Positions 59,508 through 64,000 of a DNA stretch of 64,000 nucleotides are shown in pieces. Numbering within the stretch: the first letter of the stretch is position 1; every line of letters starts with the position of its first letter. The translations under genes were made by a program, and so were the position numbers. The notes under the pieces were generated by a model that did no database searches, was not told the DNA's origin, and saw only the letters and a program-made list of their open reading frames with translations. The DNA is taken from the sequence record DRR378314_223; one strand, written 5' to 3'.

Positions 59508-59939
59508 TTATTGCGTTGTTCCAAGGGCTGGCGCACACCCTTCGGGGAATTCAAACCGGGGCGGGGGAGAAGGTTCTCTTGCCAGAATTTCGTTAATTTC
59601 GATGACATAATCGGACCAATCCAGGACCTTCTGGATCACCCCGAGATAGCCCCCATCCCGCAGAAAGATCAGTGCTGGAAACCGGTTGAATCTATACCGG
59701 GTCTGGATTTCTCTTTCGCCGCCGCGGTCCAGAACCGCCCCGGTCAGATGCCCGTTTGACGCCTTCAGAATTTCCGGCAGGATTACGGCAACGTCATTGA
59801 CTTCAACATGGCGATGCCAGTCGCCACCAACAAACAAAACCAAATCACCCTGGGTTGCCGCAAATTCATCCAGTGTTTCGGCCGTAACAACCTGCAGGCT
59901 TTCGCGCGCGATGATACTGTCCATCAAGGGGGAAAACAT
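59508..59939 (-). CDS. hupG: HupG/HoxO/HyaE thioredoxin-fold chaperone
   Basis: EVNDVAVILPE and FPALIFLRDGGYLG. Confidence 0.9.
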   Translation of the reverse strand: MFSPLMDSIIARESLQVVTAETLDEFAATQGDLVLFVGGDWHRHVEVNDVAVILPEILKASNGHLTGAVLDRGGEREIQTRYRFNRFPALIFLRDGGYLGVIQKVLDWSDYVIEINEILAREPSPPPRFEFPEGCAPALGTTQ

Positions 59940-60235
59940 CAGAGTGTATCCTTTCGATTTGTAGCAGAATTTTCGATTATGTCGGCAAACAGATGATCAA
60001 TGTCCGCAGTTCCACCAGACATGACCGTTTCCAAGGCAAAGAGCGCGTCGGAAATCCTTTTTGCGTCTTCTTCCGCGATCACCTCACGGGCAGCATCAAT
60101 AAAGACCAACACCCATGTTCCCGGTGCCAGATCGCCAACCAGCATCGTATCAATCCGGCGCAGCGCCCCGTTATAGTCGCAGATGGCATAGCCTGTACCG
60201 CATTCCGTGACTTGCATCGGGATGCCCAGACACAT
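59939..60235 (-). CDS. hupF: HupF/HoxL (HypC paralogue)
   Basis: MCLGIPM...WVLVFIDAARE. Confidence 0.9.
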   Translation of the reverse strand: MCLGIPMQVTECGTGYAICDYNGALRRIDTMLVGDLAPGTWVLVFIDAAREVIAEEDAKRISDALFALETVMSGGTADIDHLFADIIENSATNRKDTL

Positions 60236-60927
60236 CAGCCCACCTCCGACCCATTGCCTGATAACAAACTTTCCATATCACCGTCGAAATCCCTGGGTGC
60301 GCACCAGTTCTGATCCCGCAGCAGCCGCTCATCACCGCTACGGCAGGCGAGGTCTTCGGATGGGCGGCCCGCTTCGTAATGCACGCTGTTCACAATCGGG
60401 CAGGCAATCGTGCTTTCCGGGGGCAGAGGTGTTTCGCGCATGGTTGCCGTGATCCCCAAATCAGCCAGATAGTGCAACGCAACCTCAATCGCCGGATCTA
60501 TCTGCGCCTTCATTTCTGGGCGCAGGCCGCCGCCGAAATCTTCCAACTCCACCGGTTGCACACCGATCAATAACAGGCGTTCCGGCGGCTCACCCATCAT
60601 CTCAGCCATGGCCAGAACTTCCTGAAACCCAGTCTGGTGCAGGCTGATCTTCTTGGCGCCCAGGAATTTTGGCACCTCATCGCCCTCCACCCGCTTCATG
60701 GTTCCCGGCGGCAGGTCATAATCCACTGCATCAAAGACAATCAGCACATCGGCATCGCGCACATGCTGCACAAGGTAGATGCCTTGGGTGCCCCCATCCA
60801 TCAGAGTAACATTTTCCGGCGTCGCAAATTTGCGGTGAAATTCTTCCACTGCCCGCACGCCAAAACCCTCATCTGCCCAAAGCAGGTTCCCAATACCCAA
60901 GATCAATACATTTGGTTCTTGCTGCAC
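60235..60927 (-). CDS. hupD: Hydrogenase maturation endopeptidase (HupD/HoxM)
   Basis: GIGNLLWADEGFG, DGGTQG and SLHQTG; likely GTG start at 60927 after AGGGAGGG. Confidence 0.92.
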   Translation of the reverse strand: MQQEPNVLILGIGNLLWADEGFGVRAVEEFHRKFATPENVTLMDGGTQGIYLVQHVRDADVLIVFDAVDYDLPPGTMKRVEGDEVPKFLGAKKISLHQTGFQEVLAMAEMMGEPPERLLLIGVQPVELEDFGGGLRPEMKAQIDPAIEVALHYLADLGITATMRETPLPPESTIACPIVNSVHYEAGRPSEDLACRSGDERLLRDQNWCAPRDFDGDMESLLSGNGSEVG

Positions 60928-61154
60928 GACGCCCTCCCTTGCGTGGTACGCCTCTACATCCTCAGAACTTCCAGCGATTTTGCCTCGCACCACGGTAGAG
61001 TGAAGTTCGCCCCAACAGGATAATTGGAAAGTTATATTCCATTTCTGAGGAGAATAGATTTGCTATATTCCACATATAACCTGCTTGGATTCGACCCACA
61101 TTGCAAGAACTTTAATCGTAATTATGATAACTGAAAACTTTCCTTCCAATTCGA

Positions 61155-61180
61155 AAGGCACCGCAAATCTGCGGTGCCTT
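61155..61180 (-). terminator. Hairpin downstream of hupC
   Basis: Perfect 11-bp stem AAGGCACCGCA-4nt-TGCGGTGCCTT. Confidence 0.65.
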
Positions 61181-61207
61181 GGTACTAAGTTGAAAACAGG
61201 CTTGAAT

Positions 61208-61909
61208 TTAGTCGTCTGCGGGACGGTCATCCTTGAAGGTGCGCCACCCGGAAATCATCGAACTTATGATCGACTGACGCGACATGATGTCTTCGCGGAC
61301 TGCGACATAGATGTGAATGATGACAAAGCAGATAATCAACCACATCCCCAAATGGTGCCAAGTATGCACGTCCTGGCTTTGCCCAAAGAGCGGAATGATC
61401 CAGGTTGAGAACCACGTATGCTGCCATGTCCCGGGTCCGGTCCCTTCGCCATAAAGCGCCAGTCCGGTGAAGATCATGAAAATCGTGCCCCAGACATAGA
61501 GAACATGCATTGTTAAAATAGCCAGCGGGTTGTGGCCGACATACTTCTTGGGCTCCTTGGTCAACATCGCGTACCACTTGATCTCGTGCCAGACTTCGGC
61601 CCAGAACGAGGGACACCACACGGGGGGCGCAAATATCTCTCGTGCGTGACTGTTGCCGACAAAGGCCCAGTATATCCTGAACACAAAGCCGATGATCACC
61701 AGATAGGCGGCGACAAAATGTATCCAGCGGATATATCCCATGACATAATGGTCATAGGCTTCGCCCCCCACCGATGGCAGTGGCGCGCCAATCAGATAGC
61801 CGGTCCCGGCCAGTGCCAGAATGGAAAATGCCTGTATCCAATGCCAGATGCGGATCGGGGCCTGATAAACATAGACCGCCTCTTCCTTATGTTTTTCAAC
61901 AACGCTCAT
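61208..61909 (-). CDS. hupC: Ni/Fe-hydrogenase b-type cytochrome subunit
   Basis: RIWHW, IHF, GHNPLA and HTWHHLG...HIY heme ligands; ATG 61909. Confidence 0.95.
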   Translation of the reverse strand: MSVVEKHKEEAVYVYQAPIRIWHWIQAFSILALAGTGYLIGAPLPSVGGEAYDHYVMGYIRWIHFVAAYLVIIGFVFRIYWAFVGNSHAREIFAPPVWCPSFWAEVWHEIKWYAMLTKEPKKYVGHNPLAILTMHVLYVWGTIFMIFTGLALYGEGTGPGTWQHTWFSTWIIPLFGQSQDVHTWHHLGMWLIICFVIIHIYVAVREDIMSRQSIISSMISGWRTFKDDRPADD

Positions 61910-61920
61910 GATAGCCTCCC

Positions 61921-63720
61921 TCAGCGGACTTTGATGTCGGCCAGTTCTTTGCCATCTTCCGACATCACATGTGTCGAACAGGCCAAGCACGGGTCAAAGC
62001 TGTGTAGCGTGCGCAGGATCTCCACCGGCTCTTCCGGCACTTCCATATAGGTGTTCATCAATGAGGCCTCGAAGGCACCGATATTGCCTTCATTGTCGCG
62101 AGGCGACCCGTTCCAGGTTGTCGGAACAACACATTGATAGTTGTCGATCTTGGTATCCTTGATGCGAAGCCAGTGCCCCAAGGCACCGCGCGGGGCTTCG
62201 GTGAACCCAACACCCTTGACCTCGGAGGGCCAGGTTGATGGGTCAAACCGTTCGGTATTCGCGGTCGCACTGTCGCCGTTCTTGATGGTGGCGATCAGCT
62301 TGTCGAGGAAATAGAGCTGTTGTTCGGCGGCCCAGACCGCCTCCATCCCGCGCGCTGCAGTCCGACCCAGCGTCGAGAACAGGGCGTCAACCGGGACATC
62401 AAGCGTACGCAGCACAGAATTGATCTGGTCAGTGAAATATTCATGCCCCTGCGCATAGCCAACCACATAGCGTGCCAGCGGACCGACCTCCATCGCGTGA
62501 CCGCGCCAGCGCGGTGCCTTGATCCATGAATATTTGCCGCTTTCGTCAAGCTGCTTGATGTTGGTCTTGGTGCCTATCAGCCCAGGACCATGGACATAAT
62601 TTGCCTCGGTTACACCGTCCCAAGGGTGCAGACCTGCCTTATCGTCATCGTATTTATACCAACTATGCGGCACATATTCCTGAATTTGTTCCGGATCACG
62701 CACATCGACCGGATGCACTTCTTCCAGATTGCCATTGATGATTGCGCCCTGCGGCATCATCAGATTGCCAGCGGAATAATCATTGGCCCTATCGGGAATA
62801 TCACCGTAAGCCAGAACGCTGGTGCCTGAAAGACCGCCACCGTATAACCAGCCCTTGTAGAACCCGCCGATCGCCAGAATATCAGGCAGATAGACATTCT
62901 TGCAAAAGGCGATGGTACGTTCGGTCACGCCGCGTACATAGTTCAGCCGCTCCATGTTGATTGGCGCACCAGCAGCCATATCGCCATCCATGTTGATCGC
63001 ACAGGGAACACCGCCAACAAGCCAGTTTGGATGGGTATCCTTGCCTCCGAAAATAGTGCGGACCGTCATGATCTCTTTTTGGAAATCCAGCGCCTCAAGG
63101 TAGTGAGTCACGGCCATCAAATCAGCCTCAGGTGGCAGCAGATAGGCTGGGTTGGTCCAATAGCCGTTCTTGAACGGACCAAGCTGGCCGCTTTCCACAA
63201 ATTTTCGGATCCTTGTCTGCACGTCACGGAAATACCCTGGCGAGGATTTCGGGTGACTTGGCGAAACCCTTTGTTGCAGTTCCGATGTTGCCTTGGGGTC
63301 CGCCTTGAGCGCATTCACAGGGTTGACCCAATCGAGCGCATGCAGATGGTAAAAATGCACAAGGTGATCATGGACCTGAAGGCTGAGCTGCATGATATTG
63401 CGGATCGAATTGGCATTTTCAGGGATGTCGATGTTCAGCGCATCCTCGACCGCGCGCACCGATGTCAACGCATGCGTCCCTGTGCAGACCCCGCAAATGC
63501 GCTGAACAAAGGCCCAGGCATCACGTGGATCACGCCCTTTCAGAATGACCTCGAGCCCACGCCACATTGTTCCGGTCGATACAGCATTACGGATGATATT
63601 GTTTTCATCCACATTCACTTCGCAACGCATATGTCCTTCGATCCGTGTGACCGGATCAACCACGACACGCTTGCCGCTGGTGTCCAGAGAATACCCATTA
63701 GGTGTTTGTACCGTCGCCAT
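61921..63720 (-). CDS. hupL: Membrane-bound uptake [NiFe] hydrogenase large subunit (group 1d-like)
   Basis: [10 protein letters not shown]1 [11 protein letters not shown]2 [11 protein letters not shown] plus a cleavable tail. Confidence 0.96.
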   Translation of the reverse strand: MATVQTPNGYSLDTSGKRVVVDPVTRIEGHMRCEVNVDENNIIRNAVSTGTMWRGLEVILKGRDPRDAWAFVQRICGVCTGTHALTSVRAVEDALNIDIPENANSIRNIMQLSLQVHDHLVHFYHLHALDWVNPVNALKADPKATSELQQRVSPSHPKSSPGYFRDVQTRIRKFVESGQLGPFKNGYWTNPAYLLPPEADLMAVTHYLEALDFQKEIMTVRTIFGGKDTHPNWLVGGVPCAINMDGDMAAGAPINMERLNYVRGVTERTIAFCKNVYLPDILAIGGFYKGWLYGGGLSGTSVLAYGDIPDRANDYSAGNLMMPQGAIINGNLEEVHPVDVRDPEQIQEYVPHSWYKYDDDKAGLHPWDGVTEANYVHGPGLIGTKTNIKQLDESGKYSWIKAPRWRGHAMEVGPLARYVVGYAQGHEYFTDQINSVLRTLDVPVDALFSTLGRTAARGMEAVWAAEQQLYFLDKLIATIKNGDSATANTERFDPSTWPSEVKGVGFTEAPRGALGHWLRIKDTKIDNYQCVVPTTWNGSPRDNEGNIGAFEASLMNTYMEVPEEPVEILRTLHSFDPCLACSTHVMSEDGKELADIKVR

Positions 63721-64000
63721 TATGATTCATCTCCCTTTTGAGCGATCCGCTTCACGACGCTCACACCTGCATGAATGGCGGCTGCACCACCAACGATCAT
63801 GGCGGCTGTGCCGCCGATTTCATCGGCATTGGCTTCGATGCCAAAGCCCTTGATGTCTGTCAGGCGTTCATAGAAACCGCCCTTGTCCCAGAACCCGTCT
63901 TCGGAACACCCAATGCAAGGGTGACCCGCCTGGATTGGAAAGGACAGACCGCCATTCCAGCGCACTGTCGAGCAGGCGTTATAGGTGGTCGGGCCTTTGC
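63720..64000 (-). CDS. hupS: Uptake hydrogenase small subunit, C-terminal part (truncated by window edge)
   Basis: [15 protein letters not shown]...GHPCIGCSE plus a TM anchor with conserved His (AAAIHAG). Confidence 0.93.
   Translation of the reverse strand, partial: KGPTTYNACSTVRWNGGLSFPIQAGHPCIGCSEDGFWDKGGFYERLTDIKGFGIEANADEIGGTAAMIVGGAAAIHAGVSVVKRIAQKGDES

Noticed and set aside
1..64000. CRISPR arrays, tRNA/rRNA genes, integrases, defence systems
   Set aside because: No regularly spaced repeats, RNA gene signatures or corresponding protein motifs seen by eye. A covariance-model scan was not possible.

Overview
Alphaproteobacterial DNA, probably Rhodobacteraceae/Roseobacter group (inferred from gene content). 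It is densely coding and built from metabolic modules. (1) 3' end of a myo-inositol operon (iolC-iolB-aldolase-iolG) facing an aldo/keto reductase. (2) A small stress islet: a NemR-like TetR with a DUF417/RclC-like protein and glutaredoxin, then a MarR with a 4-Cys tail divergent from an uncharacterised secreted His/Asp-rich protein. (3) A LysR-controlled tripartite tricarboxylate transporter operon that carries an extra secreted Ig-like protein and an MBL-fold hydrolase. (4) A GntR and an orphan ThDP enzyme that share an operator, then a decayed LysR. (5) A 4-/3-hydroxyproline catabolic regulon with a visible operator. (6) A TRAP + IlvD/Edd sugar-acid dehydratase + IclR + HpcH aldolase operon. 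(7) A peptide ABC transporter with an XRE-cupin regulator and an Xaa-Pro peptidase. (8) An IS5-type transposase scar, then a ~21 kb [NiFe]-hydrogenase cluster (uptake enzyme HupSLC, maturation genes including hypX, H2 sensor HupUV/HupT/HoxA) running off the right edge. I found no rRNA, tRNA or CRISPR array. Best candidates for undescribed biology: the four-component TTT/MBL-hydrolase operon, the Cys4-MarR/secreted protein pair, and non-canonical residues in HupL and HoxA. All family assignments are by eye from motifs; no database search was run.
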